DNA of 64,000 nucleotides from Eledone cirrhosa. Taxonomy: Eukaryota. The first letter of the stretch is position 1. Every line of letters begins with the position of its first letter. Location of the stretch: assembly GCA_964016885.1 (NCBI GenBank), contig OZ024742.1:235724001-235788000 (forward strand), written 5' to 3'. This document shows positions 1-12,985 of the stretch, piece by piece. A program made the position numbers and the translations under genes. The notes beneath the pieces are model-generated. The model ran no database searches. It worked only from the letters and a program-made list of their open reading frames with translations, and had not been told where the DNA came from.

Positions 1-1
1 A

Positions 2-1381
2 TTCAAACATACTGACCTAACTAGCAAAGAAATGCATATTATATTATCGGCTAGGAAAACTTTGATAGAATTTAATGACAAATTATGGACCAGAGCAGAT
101 AGAGATAGCAATTTTGACATAACTATGGGATCTTCCGACTCAGCTCAGGTAACTGACCTTGTGGGCTTATTTTTAATCAATTCGCTACATAGGAAAATAC
201 CTGGTACTACCGGAGGTTTATGTAGGGATGACATGCTTTTACTTATTAATAATAATAACCCTGAACTAAATAGAAAATGTAAACAAATTACAAAATTTTT
301 TAATTACTTTAACCTTAAAATAGAAATTGAGAACAACCATAGAATAGTCAATTTCCTAGATATAACATTAAATCTCAACACATGTCTCCACTATCCTTTT
401 CACAAGTTGAATGAAAACTTAAACTATGTCAACTTTAACTCTAACCACCCCAGATCTGTCAAAAACACTATAGTAAACTCAGTCCAAAAACGTATCTCTA
501 GGATCTCGTCGAATAGAAAGATTTTTGACGAAAAGGCCCAGTACTATAATGATGCACTAGCTAGGGCAGGATATGCTGATAAGATTGTGTACATAGATAA
601 TGATAGACAAACTAAACAAAATAACAACTTTTTTAATTACGGCAACAACATTAACAACTATAATAGAAAGCATTACAATAATTCCAAAGGACAAAAAAGA
701 AATAGAACTAGGAACATAATTTGGTTTGCCCCCCCTTTCTCACTAAACATTAAAACCCACATCGCTAAATTATTTTTCAAAGCTCTTGATAATCGCTTCC
801 CTAGAACACATAGGTATCACTCAATCTTCAATAGGCATACAATTAAATTAACCTACTCATCCACCAAAAATTTAGCACAAAATATTAATAGAATAAATAA
901 TAGGAACTTAAAACCTACTGATAATAGCATAAATAATATACAAGTTAACAAATGTAACTGTAGAGATAGATCTAAATGTCCGTTAAATAACAACTGCTTA
1001 GTTAAAAATATAGTATACAATTGTAATGTTAATACTGACTCTAATTCTTTTAACTACGTCGGTTCCACATCGACGGAATTTAAACTTCGCTATAATAACC
1101 ACAAGAATTCTTTCACAGATCCAAGTAAAAAATCTTCAACGGCACTATCAGGCGTACTCTGGCAACTTAAGCTAGATAACGTTAGATATTCGACGGCTTG
1201 GAATATAGTCTCAAGAGGGATTCCTTTTAATTCATCCTCTGAGACATGTGACCTCTGCGCAGAGGAGATATTCTTTATACTAAAATCTAAAAATTCCCTT
1301 AACCTACGGACAAATTTATTCAGTTGTTGCAAACATAGATTAAACTCAACGTTTAAATATAAGTTTAAATTTAAAATGTAG
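2..1381 (+). CDS. PLE reverse transcriptase (C-terminal half) + Cys linker + GIY-YIG endonuclease; 5'-partial
   Basis: Motifs FDITMGSSDSAQV, GGLCRDD (YRDD in the 57 kb copy), VNFLDITL, CNCRDRSKCPLNNNC, NIVY..YVGST..FKLRYNNH, CDLC..E..LN, CKH. The frame is open upstream of Met32 (FKHTDLTSKE). Confidence 0.9.
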   Translation, partial: FKHTDLTSKEMHIILSARKTLIEFNDKLWTRADRDSNFDITMGSSDSAQVTDLVGLFLINSLHRKIPGTTGGLCRDDMLLLINNNNPELNRKCKQITKFFNYFNLKIEIENNHRIVNFLDITLNLNTCLHYPFHKLNENLNYVNFNSNHPRSVKNTIVNSVQKRISRISSNRKIFDEKAQYYNDALARAGYADKIVYIDNDRQTKQNNNFFNYGNNINNYNRKHYNNSKGQKRNRTRNIIWFAPPFSLNIKTHIAKLFFKALDNRFPRTHRYHSIFNRHTIKLTYSSTKNLAQNINRINNRNLKPTDNSINNIQVNKCNCRDRSKCPLNNNCLVKNIVYNCNVNTDSNSFNYVGSTSTEFKLRYNNHKNSFTDPSKKSSTALSGVLWQLKLDNVRYSTAWNIVSRGIPFNSSSETCDLCAEEIFFILKSKNSLNLRTNLFSCCKHRLNSTFKYKFKFKM

Positions 1382-2814
1382 TATATTTAGTTTGATTTAT
1401 ATTTATATGAGAACTAGCCGATAAATTTTTTGATTCCCTCTTTTTACTCTTTTTTTTTATTGTTTATTTTTATTTTTATTTTTATTTTATTTTTATCTAA
1501 ACATTCCTCATGAAAAATTAAGCTACCCTAAAAGCCGATGCTCCAAATTTTTTGAATTAACCTTACACTAGATAAACTTCTATATTAAATATAAGAACAT
1601 ATGTAGACCTAATTGGACATCATAATCTTTTTGAAATGTTCTTTGCTAGATGTGATTTGATAGATAATTTTTGGCTTTGTCTTGTAATGAACTTGGCAAT
1701 ATATTGTCAATTAATTTTGAAGGGTTGTTCTTTGTGGTTTATTTTTATTTTTATTTTTATTTTTATTTTTATTTTTATTTTTATTTTTATTTTTATTTTT
1801 ATTTTTTAGTATTGTAGTATTTTTTATTTTTTATTTTATTTTTATTTTTAATATCTTTAATATGTAAATTTTTAATACGTAATATTTTTTAATACGTAGT
1901 ATTTTTAATATGTAATATTTTTATTATGTAATATTCTTTCGTAATCTTTTTTTAGTTTTCTATTCTATATTTTTACTTATTATTATTATTGTTATCTTTT
2001 TATTTTTAGTTTTGTTTATAATATAATATATATTTTTATTAGTATATTGAAATCTGCTCTCTATTTCTGCTTGATAGATAATCTTGTAGAGTAATGACAG
2101 GAATAATAATACGCTCAAATTTTTATACCACATTGAGAATGTTTTCCGGTAACTTAGAGTTTGCAGAGTGAATCAGTTGGATTCACATGGATGTTTGTAG
2201 CTGTCACATAAACATATGAATTTTTAAAACTAAACATAAGATAATTAATTTTCACACATTATGGATACTTGTTTCATTCAGGAATACTGATATTTACAAT
2301 ATAGTGTAAGTTTTATAAATACTAATACATTAAAACATAGGGTTTTCTACGCCTCGAATATGTCTGGCTATTTTAAAATTTTTTCTCTCGCTATTTTTTC
2401 CTCTCTCTATATTTTTTTCTCTCCCTTACATTAATACTTGAGCTAAATAAATAAATAAATAAATGTATCATTGATACACTTACTCAAAATGACCTCCCAC
2501 TACCTAATTTTCTATATATATATATATCTATCTCTATTTCCTCTCTCTCTCTATATATATATCTCTTTCTATCTCTTTACATGAAGCTCTTCGCTTTATC
2601 TATTTTTCCATCTCTCTATTTTGTTCCATGCATTTCTTCTTTTTCTTTTTCTTTTTCTTCTGTTTCTTCCTTTTCTTCGTTTTGTCTTTCTTTCTTTTTT
2701 CTCTCTTTCTTTCTCTCTGTATAAAATTTTCACTGCTAGCGTAAACCTCTTCAAATGAAGTCGGTGTTTATTACGGTATGTCGAATCTATTTATCTATAA
2801 AACTGTTTATATTG

Positions 2815-2880
2815 TATTTTGTCTGATGAAGGCATAGCATATTGTTAATATGATATCCCCGAAATATATATAATGAAATA
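2815..2880 (+). ncRNA. minimal type I hammerhead ribozyme in PLE 3' end
   Basis: tattttgt-CTGATGA-stem II-GAAA-tatata-TA-atgaaata; stem I pairs with two G.U wobbles. Confidence 0.75.
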
Positions 2881-3008
2881 AATATGGTTTTATAAATATA
2901 GTTTTCCATTTATTTAATATTGTAAATATACTCCAAATATTTGTCGAGTGCTTTTATATCAGTTATAAATATTTACTAGTTGTAACCCAACAATTTTAAA
3001 TATAACTT

Positions 3009-3063
<55 letters not shown>

Positions 3064-3320
3064 GAAAATATAAATGAAAATAGAGAAATTAATGTGAGCA
3101 AGAAGCCAACAGTATTTCATAATATATAAGTGACTATAACGTCAAAATGGAAAATATTTAACGTAAGATATGGGAAAATAATTCAAACTCAATTAAAAAA
3201 AAAATCAAGACAGAGATTTTATCCACAGATTTTGTGAAATCCAGGGAACAAATCAATAGTCTTAACTCAGAATAAAATAAAGTTTAAATACTCATCCTTC
3301 AATTTGGAAAAACTACAAAT

Positions 3321-3401
3321 GCTCTATATAGTCTTAAAAAGACTATTTCACGAAACTTTTCAGTGGGATTAGTCACGATTGGAGTCGTTCACCAGTAGAG
3401 C
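3321..3401 (-). ncRNA. type I hammerhead with 7-bp stem III and A6G core change
   Basis: minus strand: gctcta-CTGGTGA-acga..tcgt-GAAA-tagtctt(ttt)aagacta-TA-tagagc. Confidence 0.65.
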
Positions 3402-3445
3402 TCAAAAGCACGATAACCAAAATCCACTGCTAAAATGTGCCGGAA

Positions 3446-3504
<59 letters not shown>

Positions 3505-3511
<7 letters not shown>

Positions 3512-4420
3512 AAATTTCATTTCTCACTCTTATTACGGCTGATACTTAAATATAAGTATGTATACGTACATACACATATGTATACAGACGTACAGTAGTA
3601 TGTATATACATACATGCATATATATATATATATGTACGTATGGGTTTACCGAACATTTATTATAATGTTCGGTTTGTTTGTAAACAAACAGCCCGAATTA
3701 AGCCGTACAGTGTTCGGCAACCATCATTGCCCTTTTGTTCAACACTGACAAAGGAACGATGAACTAGTTTCTAGCTTATTAGCTATCATCAACACCGTAT
3801 ACCTTCCTGTCAGTCGATTGAACGTTTGAAAGTATATACTTTCCTTATGCATATTAACGGCTGCAGCCTAATTTGCATATCGAGTGAGTTAGTCGGCCGG
3901 GCGTACCGAAAACGATAAATGGAAAAAATGAAATTTCATTTCTCACTCTTAGTACGGCTGTACGTCTGTATACATATGTGTATGTACGTATACATACTTA
4001 TATTTAAGTATCAGCCGTACTAAGAGTGAGAAATGAAATTTCATTTTTTCCATTTATCGTTTTCGGTACGCCCGGCCGACTAACTCACTCGATATGAAAA
4101 TTAGGCTGCAGCCGTTAATATGCATAAGGAAAGTATATACTTTCAGACGTTCAATCGACTGACAGGAAGGTATACGGTGTTGATGACAGCTAATAAGTTA
4201 GAAACTAGTTCATCGTTCTTTGTCAGTGTTGAACAAAAGGGCAATGATGGTTGCCGAACAATGTACGGCTTAATTCGGGCTATTTGTTTACAAACAAACC
4301 GAACATTATAATAAATGTTCGGTAAACCCATACGTACATATATATATATATATATGTGTGCATGTATGTATATACATACTACTGTACGTCTGTATACATA
4401 TGTGTATGTACATATCTATA

Positions 4421-4422
<2 letters not shown>
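3505..4422. mobile_element. non-coding HHR element, about 420-bp unit family, inverted arrangement in (TA)n
   Basis: 3505-3960 is largely the reverse complement of 3960-4422; each arm is longer than one unit; HHR-like motif (TTGATGA..GAAActag) at about 4175-4216 (+) and about 3756-3798 (-). Confidence 0.8.
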
Positions 4423-4512
<90 letters not shown>

Positions 4513-4717
4513 TATCATATTCAAATAGAACTGTCACAATGAATAGTTGACATAATTTATTATTCCAATTAATTTGAAGTCAGAATTGACTAATGATTTG
4601 TTACTAAAACCCCCACCACCAATTTTCGTGTTAGTGTTGCACGAAAATTGTCCGGAAACTTTAAATTTTTCACGTATATAAAATGATCAACTAAATTAAA
4701 GCAACGTGATCATAAAT

Positions 4718-5171
4718 AACTATACCTGAAAAATGCGCAAGCTCAAAAGAGCCACATAATGTTATAATAAACCTTCAAAAGTGTGGGACTAGAGTAGTTG
4801 CTAAAAAATATTGTAATCATTATCTATCGTACACTCTGTGGCATCCTTTTATAAAAAAAAGCGACTCATAACGAACTCAAGACGACACGATAATTATTTA
4901 AGCTAATATTCAATATCTCATATTAGATGTTTAGTAATGATTAATACGAAATGCACTTAAACCGAATTCTATATTATAAATTCATTTAAATAATTATCGT
5001 GTCGTCTTGAGTTCGTTATGAGTCGCTTTTTTTTTTATAAAAGGATGCCACAGAGTGTACGATAGATAATGATTACAATATTTTTGAGCAACAACTCTAG
5101 TCCCACACTTTTGAAGGTTTATTATAACATTCTGTGGCTCTGTTGAGCTTGCGCATTTTTCAGATCTAGTT
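4718..5171. repeat. long inverted repeat, arms about 185 bp (MITE/foldback-like)
   Basis: 4718-4901 is the near-perfect reverse complement of 4986-5171. Confidence 0.8.
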
Positions 5172-5960
5172 TAATATTTTTTTAAGGCAACGCTTGTAAT
5201 AACTCTAGTTAAACATGATTTATATTAATAATAAATTATTGTTGTAATGTAATTAGATTATATAATTGTTATTTTATAAATGATCTTATAAATATTATTG
5301 TAAGATGTCTAAAAATATTTTCAGACTTTTAATATAAAAAACAATCAATATTAAATAAATATATTTTACATAATAATTGTTATAGTTGAATTAATAAAAA
5401 TTAAATATTACATACAAATAGTCTAACATAATAAAAAAATAATCTAACATAATAATAATAAAATAATCTAACATAAAACGAACAATAATATGGACAAATA
5501 TACAAGTAAATATGATACAACCAATATTATAAGCATGTTATAACGAACTGAAAAAAAAAATAGTTAATATAAATTTAAAAAATCATATATAAATTAACAA
5601 TATAACTTAGCAAAACGAGAAAAATATTTTGATGATAAACGACGAAATACAGGAGGAAGATTCGAAAGCGAAACGATAAATAAACGTGCAAACAAAGTGG
5701 CGGATGCTTTTCAGCAACAATTACTCTCATTGGTTGATTAGCCAATAAGACGATGAAATTAGCCAATAAGACGATATATTACAAAAGATGTTTGGCAGAG
5801 ATCACCACGGCCAGCGAAACCCCTTGAATTTTTTATTCACAAGCTACGCATATATGTCAGATCAGACATGCAGACTTAAAACATTCTGTTTGTAGTCACT
5901 GCGTGTCTAACAGATAAAAATGTCATTATATTAAATGTCATTATATTGTTATAGCTATAA

Positions 5961-6183
5961 GGCAATGGGTTGGCAGTGTCGGTAGAGCGTCGTATAATAT
6001 GCTTTGCGGTATAGAGTTATGACCCTTTACTCGTTGAGTTCAAATCCTGCCACGATTAGCTTTGCCTTTCATCCTTACGGGGTCGATAAAATAAAGTACC
6101 AGTAATGCACTGAGATCAATTTAATCGACTTTCCCCCCCTCCTCCAAAATTGCTGGCCTTGTGCCTCAATCTGAAACCATTAT
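5961..6183 (+). mobile_element. tRNA-derived SINE (octopus-type)
   Basis: A-box tggcagtgtcgg, B-box gagttcaaatcc, core tttgcctttcatccttacggggtcgataaaataaagtaccag shared by 10 or more copies; degenerate copies follow at about 6400-6680. Confidence 0.8.
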
Positions 6184-7178
6184 GTTATTATAGCTATGGT
6201 AGGACTGGAGCCCCTATCATTAAAACACCCAACAAACTTCCCAAGGGATAGCAATCCCGTAGGAAGCCAGCTAAACCTATATACGTGTGAACTGTAAGAA
6301 AATTTAAATTTAGCTAACTTACATTACAGTAGCTGTTGGTAATTTTACTGTGAGTTAGTGGCACTTTACAAATTACTTTTATTTTTTTAAAGTCATTAGA
6401 GGCTCGGATAAAATTTCTTGTAGTATTTATATTTGGCCATTTACGTTCTGAGTTCAAATCTTACCGAGTGTCAGCTTTGTTTTCATTCTTTCAAGTTCAA
6501 TAAAATAAATAGCAGCCAAGTACTAGGGTGGATATTATTAGAGTCAATAGAATGCTTTACGATACTCGTCCCACCCCATTGCATGCTCTGAGTTCAAATT
6601 CCGCCGGGGTCAAATTTGTCTTTCATCTTTTCGAGGTCTATAAAAAAAGTACCAGTCCAATACTGGGGTAGATTCTTTCTCTATAGAAAAATTCGGCTGT
6701 GTTCAGACCTGGAGAGGGTTGGGCTCCGCCAGTTCAAAAGTACCCTAGACACGCCATTTCACTGTGCCTCTACGACTCCACAAAGAGTTATGGGATCTTT
6801 ATCCTTTTTATCCTTTCTAAAAAGAAATGCTGACCTTGTGCATAAATTATAATCTATTATCTATATATCTAAAACAGAGAATGTCTGTCTGTCTGTCTGT
6901 CCGATCACTAAAACTCGAGAACCACCCAACCAATTGTTTTCAAACTTTACACATGCAATACTTATGGTCCTGTGAGTGTTTTGAGAAAATTTCAAATTTT
7001 CAATGCCCTAGGGACCGCATTAGGCGATTTAGCGATCTCTCTCTATAACTCTTAGTCTCTCTCTTTTTAGATAGATACATAGATATAACGTTGCATCCTT
7101 ATAATATCTGTCTGTATGTCTGGCTGTCTGCATTACGACATTATGACGTAGCTGTGTGTGTGTATATGTATATATATA

Positions 7179-7248
<70 letters not shown>

Positions 7249-7340
7249 TGTAACGTTTTTCGAAATAATTACTTCTGCGTTCACAGATTGATTTTTTTAG
7301 TTTCAGAAGATATGTATGTATATATATATATATATTATGT

Positions 7341-7874
7341 CGGGTCACTCTTGAGTGCTACTGGTAACATGTAACCCAGTACAACCTGTCGCATGGTCGG
7401 ATCGTCGGCGACTAAACTGGTAACCCCACCAAGTTTACTTGGTGAGGAGGGTGATTTTGGACACCCTGCAGGACAAAAACCAAAACCTGACAAAGGGCGG
7501 AAGAACTCATAAGAGTCAACGGCCTTTCAAAAGTGTGTAAATATGTATATACACATGTACCGCACGGTTAAACCACTGGGAGTGAAGGACCGCTAGCCTT
7601 TGTCAGGGCATTCTTCTAGGAGAAGGCAACTCAGGAAAGTGGGATGACTCCGATATAAAACCTGCGGCTCAGTAGTTACCGATGATGTTGATCTTTTCTT
7701 CTTTTCGGGTTATAGCTGGTGTCGCTCAGGGAGTGGGATTGGTTCAGTGCACAGTCGTTCCTCACTTTAAAAAATATCTTCATGCACAGGCATTGCACGA
7801 TATAATTAATAAATAATTATTAATAATGGTATATCATGCAATGGCCATACTCGATAACGAGGGGGCACCCATCA
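7341..7874 (+). mobile_element. non-autonomous RTE-derived element, subfamily A
   Basis: Near-identical to 13861-14484 and 54332-54848; RTE-like 5' UTR (ggcgactaaactgg..ggagaaggcaactc); 3' end ggccatactcgataacgag. Confidence 0.65.
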
Positions 7875-7915
7875 TATATATATATATATATATATAAATG
7901 AAAATAGAGAAATTA

Positions 7916-8103
7916 ATTGTTTCTACTTTTTGGCACAAGGCCAGCAATAACCCAGTACATTACTGGTACTTTATTTTATCGCCCCCGTAAGGATGAAAGG
8001 CAAAGTTAACCTCGACGGGATTTGAACTCAGACCGTAAAGGGACGTAACTACGCTGGAAAGCATGGCGTCCGACCGTCTACCGATACTGCCAATTCACCG
8101 CCC
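7916..8103 (-). mobile_element. tRNA-derived SINE
   Basis: Reverse complement of the SINE consensus, including ggatttgaactc (B-box). Confidence 0.8.
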
Positions 8104-8108
8104 GTGAT

Positions 8109-8352
<244 letters not shown>

Positions 8353-8534
8353 TAAAATACATATATATATATAATATATATAAAATATATCTCTATATAT
8401 ATATGGATACGTGTCTGTATGTATAGAGACTTTTGTGTATGTATGTGTATGCGTGTGTATACATATTTATATATGTGGGTGTGTTTGTGTGTATATATAT
8501 GGGTGTGTATATATATGTGTATATATATATGTAG

Positions 8535-8805
8535 AGGTTATATTTAATTTGTTGGGATTCAACAAGCTTAAACAATTTTATAACTGATATAAAGCACTCA
8601 ACAATTAGTGGAGTAAATACTATCCAGGAAGCTCCAACCGTTAAGGTTGTCTTTTTTTTCCGGGTATATCAATATTTATTTATAAAACAAATCAGTATTT
8701 TATCTGATGAAAGCGCACCATAATTTGCCTTGGTTGCCCTTGAAATATGTATAATAAAATAAATATGGTTTTATAAATATAGTTTCCATTTATTAATATA
8801 TTGTG
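8535..8805 (+). mobile_element. PLE 3'-end fragment with inverted terminus and HHR
   Basis: tattttat-CTGATGA..GAAA-tatgta-TA-ataaaata at about 8696-8761; similar to 2800-3010. Confidence 0.75.
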
Positions 8806-10090
8806 TATATATATGTATGTATATATATATATATATATAACTTGAACCGTTAAGGTATATTCTCCTTGGTTATGTCAAAATTTATAAAACACACTTCGTA
8901 TTTTATCTGATGATAGCGTACCAAAAGATCACATGTTTATATGTGTGTGTTCGTATTTCCATGTAGACGCACATACACTTATCTGAGAATGTATACGTCT
9001 ACGTACTATTACGTATAAGCGTGTGTTTGAGTGTGTGTATGTTTATGTTCTGGATATTTATTTATATATTTTTTCCCCTCAATTTTTGCCTGTTATTTGA
9101 TTTCAGCCTCACTTTCATATATCCTAAATTTTGTTTTCAAATCCATATTTAATAAACATTCCATGTTATTCTTTCTGACAACTGAAGACAGATATAAATA
9201 TATGTCTTCAAGAAACCACTGGTAAATGAATTAATTATCTTATGTTGTTTATTACATAACTATATATCTATATATATATAATTATATATTCGTGTACAGA
9301 TATTTTTGCATACACTATAACAAAATATAAACAAACGTATTTATTTCACGAGGCTCGATAAGGATAAATATATATCAAATATATAAGAACCCTAGAGCAA
9401 ATCCCGAGCAGCGCCGGGCCATTCTGCTAGTCTATATATCTAAAACAGAGAATGTCTGTCTGTCTGTCTGTCAGATCACTAAAACTCGAGAACCACCCAA
9501 CCGATTGTTTTTTTAAATTTTATACGTGTAATACTTATGGTCCTGTATGTGTTTTGAGAAAATTTCAAATTTTCAATGCCCTACGGCATTACGCAATTTA
9601 GCGATCTCTCTCTCTCTCTTAGTCTTTCTCTTTTTAGATAGATACATAGATATAACACTTGCGCGCTTATAATATCTGTCTGTATGCCTGGCTGTCTGCA
9701 TTACGACATTATGACGTAGCTGTGTGTGTGTGTATATATGTATATATAGTGTGTGTGTATATATATAGTGTGTAACGTTTCTCGAAATATTTACTTCCAC
9801 GTTCACAGATTGATTTTTTATTTTAGTTTCAGAAGATCCCGTTAAGGGTGAAAGCAGCGATTCTTTGCTTAAACTTTAATCTGTTATTTTAATATATATA
9901 TATATATATTTGTGTACAGATATTTTTGCATACACAATAACAAAATATAAACAAAAGTATTTATTTCGCGATAAAGTATTGATTTTCTTCGCACGGAAAA
10001 AAACCCTGGTAATCTACGACGAATTTTTTTTATAACCACAAAATGTAGACACCATGCCGAGGCCGAGGTATTCCGTACTTCTCTGTACTG

Positions 10091-10136
<46 letters not shown>

Positions 10137-10138
<2 letters not shown>

Positions 10139-11341
10139 TTAGAAACACACAGATACATGCGGACACACACATATATACATGAATGCATCCGCACCCAACT
10201 GCGAGTTAAGGGTGCCAACTTCACCGATGTTGCTCAATGAATGACTGGGACAGACCAATTCAGTTTGAACCAGACTGAAACAGTATCAGAGTTAAAAATA
10301 CATTATGAAGAGAGAAGAAACATTTAGATATAATTAGTAATAAAATGTATCATACCTAAACTGCTCCTAAATTCCTCGACTACGTAGTTTCGTGGCATAA
10401 ACAAAAACAATATATCAAAGATATAGAGTCCTTGCGAGGTCTGCCGACTTATCAAGAGGATACCTCATTTTACTAGTCTCAAGAACGCGTCTACACGACG
10501 TGAGAAAGAATCCCAAAAGGCGGAGGGGGAGATAGTCACGCGATATAACGGTCGATATAGACGCGTTCTTGAGACTAGTAAAATGAGGTATCCTCTTGAT
10601 AAGTCGGCAGACCTCGCAAGGACTCTATATCTTTGATATATTGTTTTTGTTTATGCCACGAAACTACGTAGTCGAGGAATTTAGGAGCAGTTTAGGTATG
10701 ATACATTTTATTACTAATTATATCTAAATGTTTCTTCTCTCTTCATAATGTATTTTTAACTCTGATACTGTTTCAGTCTGGTTCAAACTGAATTGGTCTG
10801 TCCCAGTCATTCATTGAGCAACATCGGTGAAGTTGGCACCCTTAACTCGCAGTTGGGTGCGGATGCATTCATGTATATATGTGTGTGTCCGCATGTATCT
10901 GTGTGTTTCTAAATATATTAATAACTCCCTCTGGTCGAGCAATCTTTGAAGTGTGGGGACAACTGGAAAGCTTCCATTACTCGTACTTCTCGCCTTCTTC
11001 ACTACCTCTTCTACGGCCTCGATATGAATACCCCCTCCGCCTCCGTGGTATTTTCTTCGTGGTTATAAGAGGCTTAGCTCTGTTTCTCGACCGTTATATC
11101 GCGTGACTATCTCCCCCTCCGCCTTTTGGGATTCTTTCTCACGTCGTGTAGACGCGTTCTTGAGACTAGTAAAATGAGGTATCCTCTTGATAAGTCGGCA
11201 GACCTCGCAAGGACTCTATATCTTTGATATATTGTTTTTGTTTATGCCACGAAACTACGTAGTCGAGGAATTTAGGAGCAGTTTAGGTATGATACATTTT
11301 ATTACTAATTATATCTAAATGTTTCTTCTCTCTTCATAATG

Positions 11342-11346
<5 letters not shown>
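10137..11346. mobile_element. retrozyme-like element: 591-bp unit, about 1.3 units on + preceded by an inverted partial unit, in (TA)n
   Basis: 10558-10755 repeats at 11149-11346; 10137-10555 is the reverse complement of the unit; three HHR motifs. Confidence 0.8.
10591..10678 (+). ncRNA. hammerhead, U3-A8 core variant (copies at 11182-11269 + and 10373-10460 -)
   Basis: tcctc-TTGATAA-gtcggca..tgccac-GAAA-ctacgtag-TC-gagga. Confidence 0.65.
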
Positions 11347-11427
<81 letters not shown>

Positions 11428-11432
<5 letters not shown>

Positions 11433-11720
11433 TGTAATAAACAACATAAGGCAATTATTTCATTTACCAGTGGTTTCTTAAAAGCAAAAAAATTTTGCTT
11501 TCAATCATCAGAATGAAAAAATCCTGGTGTATTTATTGACGCTGGATTTTAAAAACCAACGTCAATAAATACACCAGGATTTTTTCATTCTGATGATTGA
11601 AAGCTAAATTTTTTTGCTTTTAAGAAACCACTGGTAAATGAAATAATTGCCTTATTGTTGTTTATTACATAACTATTAAGCTCTGTTACCTACATAGAGC
11701 ACGGAATTACTTCATTTACA
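11428..11720. mobile_element. palindromic HHR element (relatives at about 9165-9262, 21283-21530 and 49430-49541)
   Basis: tttcatt-CTGATGA-ttgaaagc..gcttttaa-GAAA-ccactgg-TA-aatgaaa at 11583-11643, with an inverted copy at about 11458-11518. Confidence 0.8.
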
Positions 11721-12985
11721 CACACATATATATATATATATATAAAATTATATATTCGTGTACAGATATTTTTGCATACGCAATAACAAAATATAAACAA
11801 ACATATTTATTTCACGAGGCTCGATAAGGATAAATATATATCAAATATATAAGAGCCCTAGAGCAAATCCCGAGCAACGCCGAGCCATTCTGCTAATAAA
11901 CATTAAAATAACTTCCATTTCACTAGGCGTTGCCAAGTTTACGGAAAGTTCATGATACCTTAAAATTATTTTTAACATTTAATGTGAATTGGCAGAGTGG
12001 TTATAATGCAGGACAATATGCCTTGTGGTATTTGTTCTGGATCTCATTGTTCCGAGTTTAATTCCCGCCGAGGTCAATTTTGCCTTTCATACTTTCCCGA
12101 CCAATAGAATAAAATGCCAGTCGAAGGCGGTCGACAGGTGGAATTGACCAGAATTAACCAATGATTTTCCATTTAGCTCCCCCGCTCTCTCCTCCAGCTT
12201 TTGCGTTAGTATTGCAGGAAAATTGTCTGGAATCTTTAAATTTCTCCCGTTTATAAATGGACGAAATGCTTTACGGTATTAGCTCCTGCTTTTTGTTAAA
12301 CATACAAATGGGAAGACAAGGATTTAGAATCAGAAGATGACTACGAAACTCTTTAGGCCTGGTCATCATGAGTGGTATCCTTAATCCGTCGTCCGGTTTA
12401 ACGCACCAATTGGGCCCATGCGAGCTTTTAACATAGTCCATGCACTCCGTTGCAAGCATTTGGACCAGGTCTTCGGTTTGAAAACATCACCCATTCTGCG
12501 ACCTCTTGGAGACCCTCGAAAGGGCTCTGAACACTATCCTTCCATTCCAGACTAAGCAGTAGAAAGAAGCAAAAATAGCTTCTATCTAACATAATGTATG
12601 TTGGTTGGTTGGTTTCTTCGTGCATCACAAAAAAAAAAAAACGAAAACTAATAATCGAAAAGTAAGTACACCAATGGAGTAAGGGTATACCCAGAAAGGT
12701 TTATTGATACTCATTTTATAACATCAAAGAAGAAGAAAAATATTCCGGGTATGCTAACGAACCCGATTGCTATTTCTAGCAGGTTGGGAATCAACCATAA
12801 GAGATTCTCTATACACATTCGTTGTCAGCGATGCTCGGCCTTCGCGGTCAGCGTCTCTGTGGAATCGAACGCTGGTTTACACACACACAGACATACATAC
12901 AGACAGACAAACATGCAGACAGACAGGCAGACAGACAGACACACACACGCGCGCACCCATACACAAACACAAATGATTTTCTATA

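Larger units (their letters stand above)
1..3011 (+). mobile_element. Penelope-like retroelement (Hydra-clade-like); 5' part lies outside the window; about 1.6 kb 3' UTR/pLTR ending in (TA)n
   Basis: RT-GIY-YIG ORF, an HHR at 2815-2880, and a terminus abutting (TA)n at about 3012-3060. Confidence 0.85.
9431..11896 (+). mobile_element. non-autonomous Helitron, copy 2, head-to-tail with copy 1
   Basis: Starts with TC directly after the CTAG of copy 1; ends cccgagcaacgccgagccattctgCTAA. Confidence 0.78.

Noticed and set aside
5961-6050. tRNA gene
   Set aside because: A and B boxes only, no cloverleaf, and it runs into a multi-copy SINE body
7341-7425. Possible HDV-like ribozyme at the 5' end of the RTE-derived element (ccagt..ggcgaCTAAactgg)
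   Set aside because: Only 14 nt lie between the putative P2 and P1.1, too few for P3+L3+P1; a covariance-model search would be needed
12271-12628. Higher-complexity stretch with short ORFs, a possible host exon
   Set aside because: No recognisable domain or convincing splice pair; cannot be supported without a homology search
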